From a virus: a DNA stretch of 46,063 bases. The DNA lies in IMG/VR virus record IMGVR_UViG_3300021077_000115, positions 1 to 46,063 of that record; one strand, given 5' to 3'. This document shows, piece after piece, positions 6,992 to 15,938 of the stretch (positions within the stretch are counted from its first letter, which is position 1; the number at the start of each line of letters is the position of its first letter). Under the pieces are notes generated by a model. The model was not told where the DNA came from and ran no database searches. It worked only from the letters and a program-made list of their open reading frames with translations. Both the position numbers and the translations under genes were made by a program.

Positions 6992-8911
6992 TTACTTCTC
7001 GAAGTAACTATTCCACTTCTCTTGATAATTACCAACAACTACTTGATTTATCGGAACATCAATAATTTGCTCATTGTTCTTTTGGAACATACCAACAAGA
7101 TCTATTGGCTTAACTTCTCCGGTTTCAATTAGCTTTTGAGCAATCTCTCGGAATAACACCTTATGATCATTGATCATGTCAATGGCTGTGTTCTTTGCTT
7201 CCTTCAACATATCTTCAATTGTAACATTTGTGCGCGCAATGTCTGTATTGAATGAGTCACTGTGTGGCGATCCATCATGTACAACTCTGCTTTGGATACC
7301 ATCAAAAGCACATTGTCTAATGAAAAATGCCGCAAGTTCTGTGGCCCTTCCAATATCAGAGGACGCACCAACAGACTTCATTTCATCTCCGAAGAAAATC
7401 TCTTCGGCCGCTTGCCCAGCTAGACAAACAATAATCTCATCTTTGGTAATCTTTTTATTACCACTATAGATGTGTTGGCCTACGAACCCTTGAGAGCTCA
7501 GGTTTGATGTAATACTTGTGATTTGTGTAGGCGGTATCTTGTACAGCAGAGAATAAACAATAGCGTGTCCTGCTTCGTGTATTGAAACAAGGACAGTATC
7601 ATTGATATTCTTTTCCTTCTTTATCTTGGAAATTGATAGCTCCACTCTTCTAGAGATAGATTCATTTCCAATTTTACCAATTATTTCTTCCTGGCTATAG
7701 CTTACGTAAATTGTATCTATACCAAGTTCAATTGCCTTGAATAGAAAAACTGGAAGATAGTTATCAAAGATACTTGAAATTGTACTGTGAACTGGCCTAA
7801 CGCCCTGTACAGGGAAAACACCATTCTGATAAATTGTAGTGAATATAGACTCATCAGGTACAACTCTTATCTTATTGATAGCGTATACGCGATTGATTGT
7901 ATCATAAACATTTCGTTTGATGATACTCATATAGCTTGTTTTATTTAGTGACGGATATATAATATGATTGTTTCCGAACCTAGCTACTTGTTCTGGCTTG
8001 AATCTTCTAAGGAGCGCGCTCTTGATTCTTACTACATTTATCTTCTTTGAATATTCGTGGAAGATATCAGCATCAATATCTGCATTCGATACATCAGTTG
8101 ACATTGAATAAGCTTCATCTATATTTCCAGCTATGATGATAAGCATCTTTGAATAAGATACACCTTCGAAGGTGGCATCATTATTCAAAGCCTCTTGTCC
8201 CTTCTTGAGCTTTGTCTCTTGATCCCACTGCATGATCTCTTCAGCGGAACCATTATAGTTTAGAAGCTTCTTCAGCCGTTGTGCTGTCCAATATGAGTTC
8301 TTATATTTAAATGTCTTGGGACGACCTGGTTTCTTTTTTTCTTCGTCCTTATTTTTTGGCGCTCCTTCAGGAGCATCTGGTTCTTCGCCTTCATCTAGAA
8401 CTTCGTTATGATGATAATAGAGATCATCGAAGAGTATTTCCATGATCTCCTTTTTCTTATCAGATGCCGATTGAAACTTACCATCAGACAATAGCATCCA
8501 TACATCCTGTAGTCTTTTCTTTGGAACATCGCATCCAGCGTCATCAACTGTTCTAAATCTCTGCATTTCATCAAGCAGCAGAACTGACGGCTTGTCTGGT
8601 TGAATGTCGGCGTATTCAATGTATGATTGGATCTTGTCTATATAACTTTCAGTATCCATTTGTAGCTCAACAAATGAATCTGACATTTTGATTAGTCTTA
8701 CAAATGTACGAACCAGATCTGTTTTTCCAGAACCAGTTAACCCCCAGAGATTGACAATTACTGGACGGATCATTAGTTCCGGCATCAAGTACCATACGCG
8801 AACTGAGTCAATAAATTGATCGATTATACCATCAATTCCTACGAATTTTTCCTTAAGCTTATTACCAATTTGTACAAGCTCACTGTCTTTTCTACTTAAT
8901 AATTCGTCCAT
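6992..8911 (-). CDS. Soluble P-loop ATPase fused to a HExxH zinc-metalloprotease domain (FtsH/M41-like architecture without an obvious transmembrane anchor), 639 aa.
   Basis: Walker A is NLWGLTGSGKTDLV and Walker B is VLLLDEMQ. A C-terminal HEAGHAIVY motif resembles the FtsH HEAGH zinc-binding motif. It is the first gene of the minus-strand run that continues into cas3. Confidence 0.6.
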   Translation of the reverse strand: MDELLSRKDSELVQIGNKLKEKFVGIDGIIDQFIDSVRVWYLMPELMIRPVIVNLWGLTGSGKTDLVRTFVRLIKMSDSFVELQMDTESYIDKIQSYIEYADIQPDKPSVLLLDEMQRFRTVDDAGCDVPKKRLQDVWMLLSDGKFQSASDKKKEIMEILFDDLYYHHNEVLDEGEEPDAPEGAPKNKDEEKKKPGRPKTFKYKNSYWTAQRLKKLLNYNGSAEEIMQWDQETKLKKGQEALNNDATFEGVSYSKMLIIIAGNIDEAYSMSTDVSNADIDADIFHEYSKKINVVRIKSALLRRFKPEQVARFGNNHIIYPSLNKTSYMSIIKRNVYDTINRVYAINKIRVVPDESIFTTIYQNGVFPVQGVRPVHSTISSIFDNYLPVFLFKAIELGIDTIYVSYSQEEIIGKIGNESISRRVELSISKIKKEKNINDTVLVSIHEAGHAIVYSLLYKIPPTQITSITSNLSSQGFVGQHIYSGNKKITKDEIIVCLAGQAAEEIFFGDEMKSVGASSDIGRATELAAFFIRQCAFDGIQSRVVHDGSPHSDSFNTDIARTNVTIEDMLKEAKNTAIDMINDHKVLFREIAQKLIETGEVKPIDLVGMFQKNNEQIIDVPINQVVVGNYQEKWNSYFEK

Positions 8912-9023
8912 TTATAACTCCACTAAATTACAAACTTACGTTTGAAAACCCTATTAAATATTTCCAGCTCTGAGGCTCTAAGCTCTGGACGTGATTCTTT
9001 TGGAAGTTGATCTGCCAAGAGCT

Positions 9024-9242
9024 TTATGTGGTTGTACACTTATCTATCTTTTCAAAAGTCAAATTGAAGCCTTTATTTTTGTACAAGACAATCAATTCAT
9101 CAAGTGTGATTTTTTCAGATAAGACTGATGAATAACCACTAAATGTAGATCGATCTGGAGCGTATTCGTAAATACGAAATGTTCCATTTTCATCAACTTG
9201 ATAATAAGACATAAATATGCCCCGAACACCGCTCGGGGCCAC
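9024..9242 (-). CDS. Hypothetical protein (72 aa).
   Basis: ORF with plausible composition in a compact gene run. Confidence 0.35.
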   Translation of the reverse strand: MAPSGVRGIFMSYYQVDENGTFRIYEYAPDRSTFSGYSSVLSEKITLDELIVLYKNKGFNLTFEKIDKCTTT

Positions 9243-9257
9243 GCGGATGTTAATGAA

Positions 9258-9449
9258 TCAACGTGCCGGCAAGCCTACTGCTTTGCGAAGTGATTCACGA
9301 AGGTTGCTTTTATCACGCCCTTCGCAAGTGATAAGTCGTTGAACCGCCTCAGTAGCTTCTTGTATTGCTCTGAGATAATCACCGGCTTGTGCATGTTCCA
9401 CGGCATGATGCAAGCAATTGATGGCGTCGATTGGGTTTGGGTTTTCCAT
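9258..9449 (-). CDS. Hypothetical small helical protein (63 aa).
   Basis: Its composition (AINCLHHAVEHAQAGDYLRAIQEATEAVQRL) is more protein-like than the overlapping 99-aa frame 9275..9574. Confidence 0.35.
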   Translation of the reverse strand: MENPNPIDAINCLHHAVEHAQAGDYLRAIQEATEAVQRLITCEGRDKSNLRESLRKAVGLPAR

Positions 9450-9473
9450 ATTTTTCCTTTAGCTGATTCTGAG

Positions 9474-9995
9474 TCATTGCCCAGATGGCCACTTGAATGC
9501 TTCAGCCTTGCACCAAAACACTGCCCAAGCATCCTTAAGACGAGATAATAAGCCTGTATAAGCACGCGTACCATTCAATGGTCTAGCTGGTACGTAACGA
9601 CCATCAATTAGTGCATAGAAAGAGAATGGAGATTCTCCAGCAAACGCTATCATATACCAGTACATAAAAGTAAAGTCATATCCAGCTGGGTATCCAACAA
9701 ACACTGGCCTATCTCTACTAGACGCTCTCTTTACCCACTGAACGAACTCTGGCATGACCACTTCAGCTGGGCGAGTATCTTTTCGGCAAGCAGCCCAAGC
9801 CTCGGGCTGGCCCTTCCACCATTCCATAGTATTAGGATCGGTGGTTGCTTCAGAAAGAGTATCTAAATTGGCAGTGTAAGTCTCGATCATTTTACCTGCA
9901 TCAGTGAACACCGCGCAGCCAAATGACAACATGGAATTTCTTCCAGGAATTGGCCCATCAGATTCTATATCAACGGAGAAATAAAGCTCAGACAT
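9474..9995 (-). CDS. DEDD-family (DnaQ-like) 3'-5' exonuclease.
   Basis: The Exo I motif is FSVDIESDG. There is a later YDF/acidic-aromatic motif (YPAGYDFTFMYWY). Its size fits small phage exonucleases. Confidence 0.55.
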   Translation of the reverse strand: MSELYFSVDIESDGPIPGRNSMLSFGCAVFTDAGKMIETYTANLDTLSEATTDPNTMEWWKGQPEAWAACRKDTRPAEVVMPEFVQWVKRASSRDRPVFVGYPAGYDFTFMYWYMIAFAGESPFSFYALIDGRYVPARPLNGTRAYTGLLSRLKDAWAVFWCKAEAFKWPSGQ

Positions 9996-9996
9996 A

Positions 9997-10512
9997 TTAC
10001 TTTCTTCGGCGCAAAGTCTCGTATGAAAAAATTATTGGTAGGTTACTGATACGATCAACTGCTTCTTTGGTTGATGTTGATATCACTTCCCATTTAGTAT
10101 CATCGTATTTTGGGAAGAATGCATCACCCTCGAACTCTCTGTGAATGAGAGTTAGTTCCAGATAATCGGCAACATCCATTGCCAATCGATAGATTGTGGC
10201 ACCACCAGTAATGAATGCTTTCTCCACGCCTTTGTCTCGCACGTAGTAAATTGCTTCATTGAAGTCATGAAAGACTGTTACACCTGGAGGTTGATAATAG
10301 TGGTCAAGGGTAAGGATGATATTTTCACGTCCAGGCAATGGGCGAGATTTATTCGGTAATGACATATAGGTTAGATCACCCATGATACATGGGAATCCCA
10401 TAGTGAGATCTTTGAAATGTCTAAAGTCCTCACTGATACGCCACGGGATGCTATTGTTCCTACCGATAATATTGTTCTGCGCAACGGCAGCAATGATAAT
10501 AATATCTGTCAT
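9997..10512 (-). CDS. folA: Dihydrofolate reductase.
   Basis: The N-terminal IIAAVAQNNIIGRNNSIPWRISEDFRHFKDLT matches the DHFR signature (IAA…IG…LPW…ED…F…T). Its length is 171 aa. It overlaps thyA by 4 nt. Confidence 0.85.
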   Translation of the reverse strand: MTDIIIIAAVAQNNIIGRNNSIPWRISEDFRHFKDLTMGFPCIMGDLTYMSLPNKSRPLPGRENIILTLDHYYQPPGVTVFHDFNEAIYYVRDKGVEKAFITGGATIYRLAMDVADYLELTLIHREFEGDAFFPKYDDTKWEVISTSTKEAVDRISNLPIIFSYETLRRRK

Positions 10513-11390
10513 ACGGCTATTTCAAAAGCAATCTTAGGATGGTGTTTATATTCCTCAACCCTAGAATCTTTATGACTCCAAGAGAAGATGTCGGTAAAAT
10601 TATCTGTTACAATAAGTGGAAGCTTATATGTTTCTCGCTGCAGTTGTAGCATCATACCTTCAAGATGATTTACATAGATATGAGTATCTGCCAGAAACCC
10701 TACAAGCCTACCCTCCTGTAGATTGGATTCTTTAGCCAGAAGGTGAAGAAGCAATCCATAACTTGCAATGTTGAATGGTAAACCCAAAGCAACATCAACA
10801 CTACGCTGATTCCATAGTAGATTTAGCTTACCGTTAATTACGGTTACCTGAAATCCATAGTGACAAGGAGGTAGGGCCATGTCTAATAAGTCTGGAGGGT
10901 TCCATGCTGATACAATCATTCGGCGATCAGATGGGTCTGACTTTAGCTTCTTGACCATATTGCCTAGCTGATCAATACCAACACCAACTGGGGCCTCATT
11001 GTAACTTATATATACGGCCCCAAAGTTTCTCCATTGCCAGCCATAGATTGGACCAAGATCGCGCTCAGCTTTCATCTTGGCTTTCGTTTCATCATCATGG
11101 CCATAAGGAACTAATTGTGGATTGCACCACTCGTCCCAGATATGATTGTTGTTATCTATCAACCACTGTTTGTCAGTGAGCCCTTTAATAAAGAATTCAA
11201 GCTCAGAAGATATGAGTCGCAACGGAACCGATTTGGTTGTGAGTAATGGAAAGCCATCGCTCATATCATGTTCAAACATTGCGCCCGGAATAGTGATGGC
11301 ATCAACGCCTGTTCTATTCTGCTTGCGCACACCAACATCAAATATCTTTCGCACGATATCTAGATAAGACTTCATTATTACCCTCCACAA
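10509..11390 (-). CDS. thyA: Thymidylate synthase (ThyA type).
   Basis: A full-length ThyA-like sequence (…RTGVDAITIPGAMFEHDM…PPCHYGFQ…) with an active-site Cys context. A strong SD, GGAGGGTAATAATG, precedes it. Confidence 0.9.
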   Translation of the reverse strand: MWRVIMKSYLDIVRKIFDVGVRKQNRTGVDAITIPGAMFEHDMSDGFPLLTTKSVPLRLISSELEFFIKGLTDKQWLIDNNNHIWDEWCNPQLVPYGHDDETKAKMKAERDLGPIYGWQWRNFGAVYISYNEAPVGVGIDQLGNMVKKLKSDPSDRRMIVSAWNPPDLLDMALPPCHYGFQVTVINGKLNLLWNQRSVDVALGLPFNIASYGLLLHLLAKESNLQEGRLVGFLADTHIYVNHLEGMMLQLQRETYKLPLIVTDNFTDIFSWSHKDSRVEEYKHHPKIAFEIAV

Positions 11391-11517
11391 CGGCCATCAC
11401 ATTTAGCGCATTCTCCACCAACACCCAAAAGGTTCTATTTTGAAGATCATTACGAACGAAATGTACTTTCATAAATTACCTGTATGCAACAGTAGTCACC
11501 CAATCCAGCGTCATTCC

Positions 11518-11901
11518 TTAATTATCTTTAACAACTGTATAGTCCTTGTCAAGTTTAGCCATCGTCTCAACAGCTTCTTCTGGATTCTTAGCAAGGCTAT
11601 GAGGGTTATCTGGAGAATACCCAGGAACTGTATAGGTCAGGAGTCTATGACTTCCGTATTCAACAACCTTTCTGGTCCAGCAAAAGAACTTATTGAAGAA
11701 CCATTTTGAATTATAGGCTTCGAATATATATACCTTTACAGTCTCTATAGATCCTGGGAAGGCTGCTTTTATATAAACTATTTTCTCAAAGTCCAGTTTT
11801 GTTTCTGGGAAGTCAATTAGGATAGCGTTCTTGAAATCATCAATAACACTTCCTGTTGAAAGAATATTTCTATTTCTATGAAAGCTAATCTTCTTTTCCA
11901 T
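11518..11901 (-). CDS. Hypothetical protein (127 aa).
   Basis: ORF only. Confidence 0.4.
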   Translation of the reverse strand: MEKKISFHRNRNILSTGSVIDDFKNAILIDFPETKLDFEKIVYIKAAFPGSIETVKVYIFEAYNSKWFFNKFFCWTRKVVEYGSHRLLTYTVPGYSPDNPHSLAKNPEEAVETMAKLDKDYTVVKDN

Positions 11902-12006
11902 TATATTACCAAAGAGTTATTTTGTTTTGATAAACAAAAGCGGATCTTTGTGCCGGCAAATCACCAACCAATTCTTTCAATGCTTCGAATCTATTTGTAT
12001 CAGGAT

Positions 12007-12240
12007 TCATTCTGGTTGCTTTCCGGCCGCTCTATCCATTGTCTCATCAATGGCAGCCGATAATTCTGCGATGCGATATATCTCGGCTATTTTTTCTGGA
12101 GTTATATCTTCAAGAAAATAAATCCAATCTCCTTGGTAATCACAATCCAAACAAATCTCAGTTCCCAAACGCCATCGTGGGCTCATCACACTTGGGCGCT
12201 TAGTGTTGTGGCTATTACACTTCGAGCACTTCATGTTCAC
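12007..12240 (-). CDS. Small zinc-ribbon protein (77 aa).
   Basis: CSKC…CLDC Cys pairs. Confidence 0.4.
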   Translation of the reverse strand: MNMKCSKCNSHNTKRPSVMSPRWRLGTEICLDCDYQGDWIYFLEDITPEKIAEIYRIAELSAAIDETMDRAAGKQPE

Positions 12241-12502
12241 CTATGAATTCATCAATCGCATTTTTGAACTTGATGATTTCTTCAATCAAAGCTTGGCCGG
12301 CTTTCTCAGGGCTATCGTAATCATGCACAGAAATCATAGATCCCTTACCATGTCTCTTTACGATGCACGCACTCCAAGCTCCCCATAATTCTTGTCGTAT
12401 AAGAATCCTGGAGTTTTCCGAGAAACCTTCGTAGCGGTTTAATCCCTTATTGAGACCCAATGTCAGGGCAACTGTTCCGACCTTTATTGTCCGGTTAAGC
12501 AT
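12215..12502 (-). CDS. Hypothetical protein (95 aa).
   Basis: ORF only. Confidence 0.4.
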   Translation of the reverse strand: MLNRTIKVGTVALTLGLNKGLNRYEGFSENSRILIRQELWGAWSACIVKRHGKGSMISVHDYDSPEKAGQALIEEIIKFKNAIDEFIGEHEVLEV

Positions 12503-12548
12503 GCACGCTCCAAGCTACCGGTGCCGGACATGGTACCCGATTACTCGC

Positions 12549-12746
12549 CTAGTAGCAACGATAAAACATCGAGAATAGTACGGCAACGATGGTAATTAAT
12601 ACCATGATAAGTGGTATATTGAAAGTTGATTGTGTAATTGTTACTGCTGTAGATTTTGCCTGGTTTTCTTCAGGTTGTTCTTGAATTTGATTATCAGGAA
12701 TTGTGGGTGGTGGCGAAGGAATTGTATCATGATTATCATTAAACAT
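12549..12746 (-). CDS. Small membrane protein (65 aa, one C-terminal TM segment). It is a possible lysis-associated protein.
   Basis: The hydrophobic stretch IPLIMVLITIVAVLFSMFY lies directly downstream of the peptidoglycan hydrolase gene. Confidence 0.4.
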   Translation of the reverse strand: MFNDNHDTIPSPPPTIPDNQIQEQPEENQAKSTAVTITQSTFNIPLIMVLITIVAVLFSMFYRCY

Positions 12747-12754
12747 ATTTCTTC

Positions 12755-13444
12755 CTAGGCATTGTCATCTAAACTTTGAGAAGCTGTCATCGCTACAAGA
12801 TTTAGTATTCTATTCTTCTCGTCATTTGTAAGGTTATTATCCACAGGAATTGAATAATCAACCTTTAGTTTTGATATAGTTCCAAATACTGAAGTTAAAG
12901 TTCTAGTATAACTAGACTCATCAGCTGTATAATATCCCTGAGTACGAAGCATGTGTGAAAATTGTGCTGGGTTTCCGGCGCATACCGCCGGCCATGCATT
13001 GGTGAATCGCTTATTCAATAGACCAATATAATCAATGCAACCCTCAAGTAGATTATTGAATGCCCTAAATCTGCATCCTGGGTGTTTCGGATAAAACCAG
13101 ATAATGGCAGTCCCATCTCCACGGTACTGAGTGACCTTGGCAGTAGATGGATCCTTGGCAGCGTATGCATCCGCTACAGACTTCTTGAGTATCTCATTAC
13201 AAGCGAAGTAGCAGTAATCATGGCCATCGCCATCCTTGGATTTTACGTTGCCTAGATTGTAGCACCACATTGAAGAGCCATTTCCCGTTTCTAAACACCA
13301 TTGGCTTGCAAGTACCCAAATAGATTCTTTTTTTGGAACATCTTCAAACAAATGAAACCAAGCATCATACAATGATTTTATAACTTCTTCTCTGCTAACT
13401 TTGGTTTTTTGAGCAATTAATTCACTTGGCATAATAAAATGCAA
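12755..13444 (-). CDS. Glucosaminidase-like peptidoglycan hydrolase (putative endolysin).
   Basis: QWCLETGNGSSMWCYNLGNVK resembles the mannosyl-glycoprotein endo-beta-N-acetylglucosaminidase (FlgJ/LytD-type) catalytic Glu region. Confidence 0.5.
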   Translation of the reverse strand: MHFIMPSELIAQKTKVSREEVIKSLYDAWFHLFEDVPKKESIWVLASQWCLETGNGSSMWCYNLGNVKSKDGDGHDYCYFACNEILKKSVADAYAAKDPSTAKVTQYRGDGTAIIWFYPKHPGCRFRAFNNLLEGCIDYIGLLNKRFTNAWPAVCAGNPAQFSHMLRTQGYYTADESSYTRTLTSVFGTISKLKVDYSIPVDNNLTNDEKNRILNLVAMTASQSLDDNA

Positions 13445-13497
13445 ACATATTACATTTTATCCATAACCAACATTGAAGCAACGATATATAGTTTAGT

Positions 13498-14343
13498 ATG
13501 AAAGCCTGTATTTACGTAGTAAAAAACATTATCACATCACAAATTATTTACGTTGGAAAGACATCTAATCCTAGTAAGAGATGGGGTAGGCACAAGACAC
13601 ATAAAAGCGGAAGATTATTAAAATATATGTCTGAAAATGGCGGACATCTTAGTTTTGAATTGACTCCAGTTATCTGGTTTGATACTGAGGAAATGGCATT
13701 TGAAGCTGAAGCTTATTTCATACAGATTTGTCTAGAGCAACAAATTCCGCTAATAAATCAAGACAGAGGCGGTATTGGAACAATTAGCGGAAGAAAGGCC
13801 TCGAAAGAAACACGTGAAAAGCTATCTGAAATGCAAAAGAAAAGATATTTAGATCCAGAATTTAAAGAAAAAATATCCAAATATTTTCAAGAAAACAAAG
13901 AAGTTTGGTTATCAAAACTAACAGATGCAATGTCAAAGCCAGAAGTTAGAAAGAAGATATCTGATGCAAGGATACATCAATACAAATTACTAACAGACGA
14001 AGCTAGAAAGGAACTTACCAAGAAAGCTACAGAGGCAATTAAAGGAACAAAACTTACACAAGCAAGAAAAGATCAAATATCAACAGATAGACTTAAATGG
14101 TTCAGTGAACATCCAGAAGCTCGTATTGAGGTTGGTAATCGCAGAAGAGGAAAAAATCACACAGATGAAACAAAAATAAGCATAGGACAAAAGATGAGAC
14201 TTCTTTCAGATGAACAGATTGTAACTTGTCGTAAGCTTCATTCTGAAGGGCTTTCTATGAAGAAGATAAGTGAAAGGTTAGGTGTATCAATCAAACCAGT
14301 GTTTAATGCAATAAATTGCCGAGGTATATATGGCATAGCGTGA
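13498..14343 (+). CDS. GIY-YIG homing endonuclease with NUMOD-like repeats and a C-terminal HTH (Seg/I-TevI-like).
   Basis: The N-terminal CIYVVKN…IIYVGKT…R…H is a GIY-(10 aa)-YVG motif. There are repeated basic helical modules (ETREKLSEMQKKRY, EVRKKISDARIHQYK). The C-terminus is KKISERLGVSIKPVFNAINC. Confidence 0.75.
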   Translation: MKACIYVVKNIITSQIIYVGKTSNPSKRWGRHKTHKSGRLLKYMSENGGHLSFELTPVIWFDTEEMAFEAEAYFIQICLEQQIPLINQDRGGIGTISGRKASKETREKLSEMQKKRYLDPEFKEKISKYFQENKEVWLSKLTDAMSKPEVRKKISDARIHQYKLLTDEARKELTKKATEAIKGTKLTQARKDQISTDRLKWFSEHPEARIEVGNRRRGKNHTDETKISIGQKMRLLSDEQIVTCRKLHSEGLSMKKISERLGVSIKPVFNAINCRGIYGIA

Positions 14344-14368
14344 TATATGCTTAACAAAGGAGAGTGCA

Positions 14369-14686
14369 ATGTTTACGTGGATTATCAATATCATACGGGC
14401 AATAATTAATCTGTTCTGCGCTCCTCTTCCATATGGAGCGTTTATGTTGAAAAAAGAATCTGGAAAAATGTTCGTCTCTGGAAAAGGCGAAGTAATAATT
14501 CAAATGAAGGTGCGAAAACCTACTCATGTAGAAGTGTTTTTTATTGACCACCCAGTTACTTGCGATGGAAACAAGCACGATCATCTTGAGCATAAAGTCC
14601 ATAGACATATGTTCGAACATAAGACTGATCTTATTATCAAGTGGCATGTTGGTGGAGTAAGAGAAATAGAATATATTTATCACTAA
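14369..14686 (+). CDS. Hypothetical protein, paralog A of a tandem pair. The start may be the internal Met MLKKESGKMF at about 14444.
   Basis: About 55-60% identity by eye to the next gene (KMF[VI]xGxxEVIIxMKVRKPxHxEVFFIDHPxxCDGN…DLxIKWHVGGVREIEYIY). AAGGAG lies upstream. Confidence 0.5.
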   Translation: MFTWIINIIRAIINLFCAPLPYGAFMLKKESGKMFVSGKGEVIIQMKVRKPTHVEVFFIDHPVTCDGNKHDHLEHKVHRHMFEHKTDLIIKWHVGGVREIEYIYH

Positions 14687-14695
14687 TGGATTTAT

Positions 14696-15004
14696 ATGGG
14701 ATTAAAAAAACACTCTGGCAAAATGTTTATCTATGGAAATGATGAGGTAATAATTCCAATGAAAGTTCGTAAGCCAGTTCATGCTGAAGTATTTTTTATT
14801 GATCACCCAATTCCATGTGATGGCAATAGACGTGATAAAGTTGAATGCAAAATAGTTAGGCATGTAGGCGTCGCACCACATACTGCTTATAATCCAGGAA
14901 TGGCTGCAATGTTTGGAACATCAAGGCTACCTGATTGTACCACTGATTTAGTTATAAAATGGCACGTAGGCGGAGTAAGAGAAATTGAATACATCTATAC
15001 CTAA
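14696..15004 (+). CDS. Hypothetical protein, paralog B of the tandem pair.
   Basis: See paralog A. It shares the C-terminal WHVGGVREIEYIY. Confidence 0.5.
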   Translation: MGLKKHSGKMFIYGNDEVIIPMKVRKPVHAEVFFIDHPIPCDGNRRDKVECKIVRHVGVAPHTAYNPGMAAMFGTSRLPDCTTDLVIKWHVGGVREIEYIYT

Positions 15005-15938
15005 CATTTTAGTTTATGGTTGGTATGATAATCACAACCTTGGTGATGAATTATTCAAACTTGCTTTTCAAAAGCTGTTTCCTAAATATAGATTTACATT
15101 TGTAAATTACATAACAAATAATCATCTACAAAATTGTGATGCTATATTTTTTGGAGGCGGATCTTTATTAGATAGCCCTATACAATCAGAGGTTGATAAA
15201 AGAAAACTTCTTGATAAGCCAATATTATATATTGGAGTTGGTCTAGAAACATCTATTCATCAAGACCATGGTATGTTATTATCAAGATCCAAATTGGTTG
15301 CCTCAAGAAATGATGGGAAGATATCATCAATAAAGATACCAGATTTAGTTTACTCACTCAATGATATTGAGCCTGAGAACTTGATAGATAATACGCTGTT
15401 GTTTCTGCCGAATGCTTTTGTGTTACCAAAGAATACGGATTGTAATTGGAAGTTCGTTGCATGGAACTATTTCAAATCTGAAGTATCTCAATTTCTAGAC
15501 GAATTGATTGAAGATAATTGGAAGGTGAAGTTCTATCCGATGTGCAGATCAGATGAGATTGATGATTCATGGGCGGCTTCCGAGATTATAAGTTTGATGA
15601 AGAACCGTAGCCGGTCCCTTCTCATCAGAGAGGAACTTAGTGAAATAAATTCTGTCATAGAAATGTTCTCTAAAAGATCCATAATATTCACTCAGAGATA
15701 CCACGGGATTGTTTTATCAGATCTGTCTAACAGACCTTTCGTTTCAATAAGTCATCACGACAAACTTGAGTCAGATATTTCCTACTACGGAGTACATAAA
15801 AAAGATCTGCATAATCTTGTTAAATCTAAAAGAAATACCACCAGCTACGTTAGGAGCTTTGATATATTGAAACAAGAAGTTGATAAGATTATTCAGGAGA
15901 ACGTATGTCCTATATTGGGCACAGGAACAATGAAATAA
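14985..15938 (+). CDS. Polysaccharide pyruvyl transferase-family protein.
   Basis: The N-terminal VYGWYDNHNLGDELF matches the pyruvyl-transferase GxxGxxNxGD motif. Its size is about 317 aa. Confidence 0.55.
   Translation: MNTSIPNILVYGWYDNHNLGDELFKLAFQKLFPKYRFTFVNYITNNHLQNCDAIFFGGGSLLDSPIQSEVDKRKLLDKPILYIGVGLETSIHQDHGMLLSRSKLVASRNDGKISSIKIPDLVYSLNDIEPENLIDNTLLFLPNAFVLPKNTDCNWKFVAWNYFKSEVSQFLDELIEDNWKVKFYPMCRSDEIDDSWAASEIISLMKNRSRSLLIREELSEINSVIEMFSKRSIIFTQRYHGIVLSDLSNRPFVSISHHDKLESDISYYGVHKKDLHNLVKSKRNTTSYVRSFDILKQEVDKIIQENVCPILGTGTMK

Noticed and set aside
9275-9574. 99-aa ORF overlapping the 63-aa ORF 9258..9449.
   Set aside because: Implausible composition (MVRVLIQAYYLVLRMLGQCFGARLKHSSGH…). 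It runs into the exonuclease gene. The 63-aa helical frame is preferred.
9997-11390. Possibility of a group I intron or inserted homing endonuclease in thyA, as in T4 td.
   Set aside because: The thyA ORF is continuous and full-length (293 aa). DHFR directly overlaps it. No intron is evident.
14351-14683. Minus-strand 110-aa ORF.
   Set aside because: It is exactly antisense to paralog A (14369..14686, +), whose reality is supported by its tandem paralog B.
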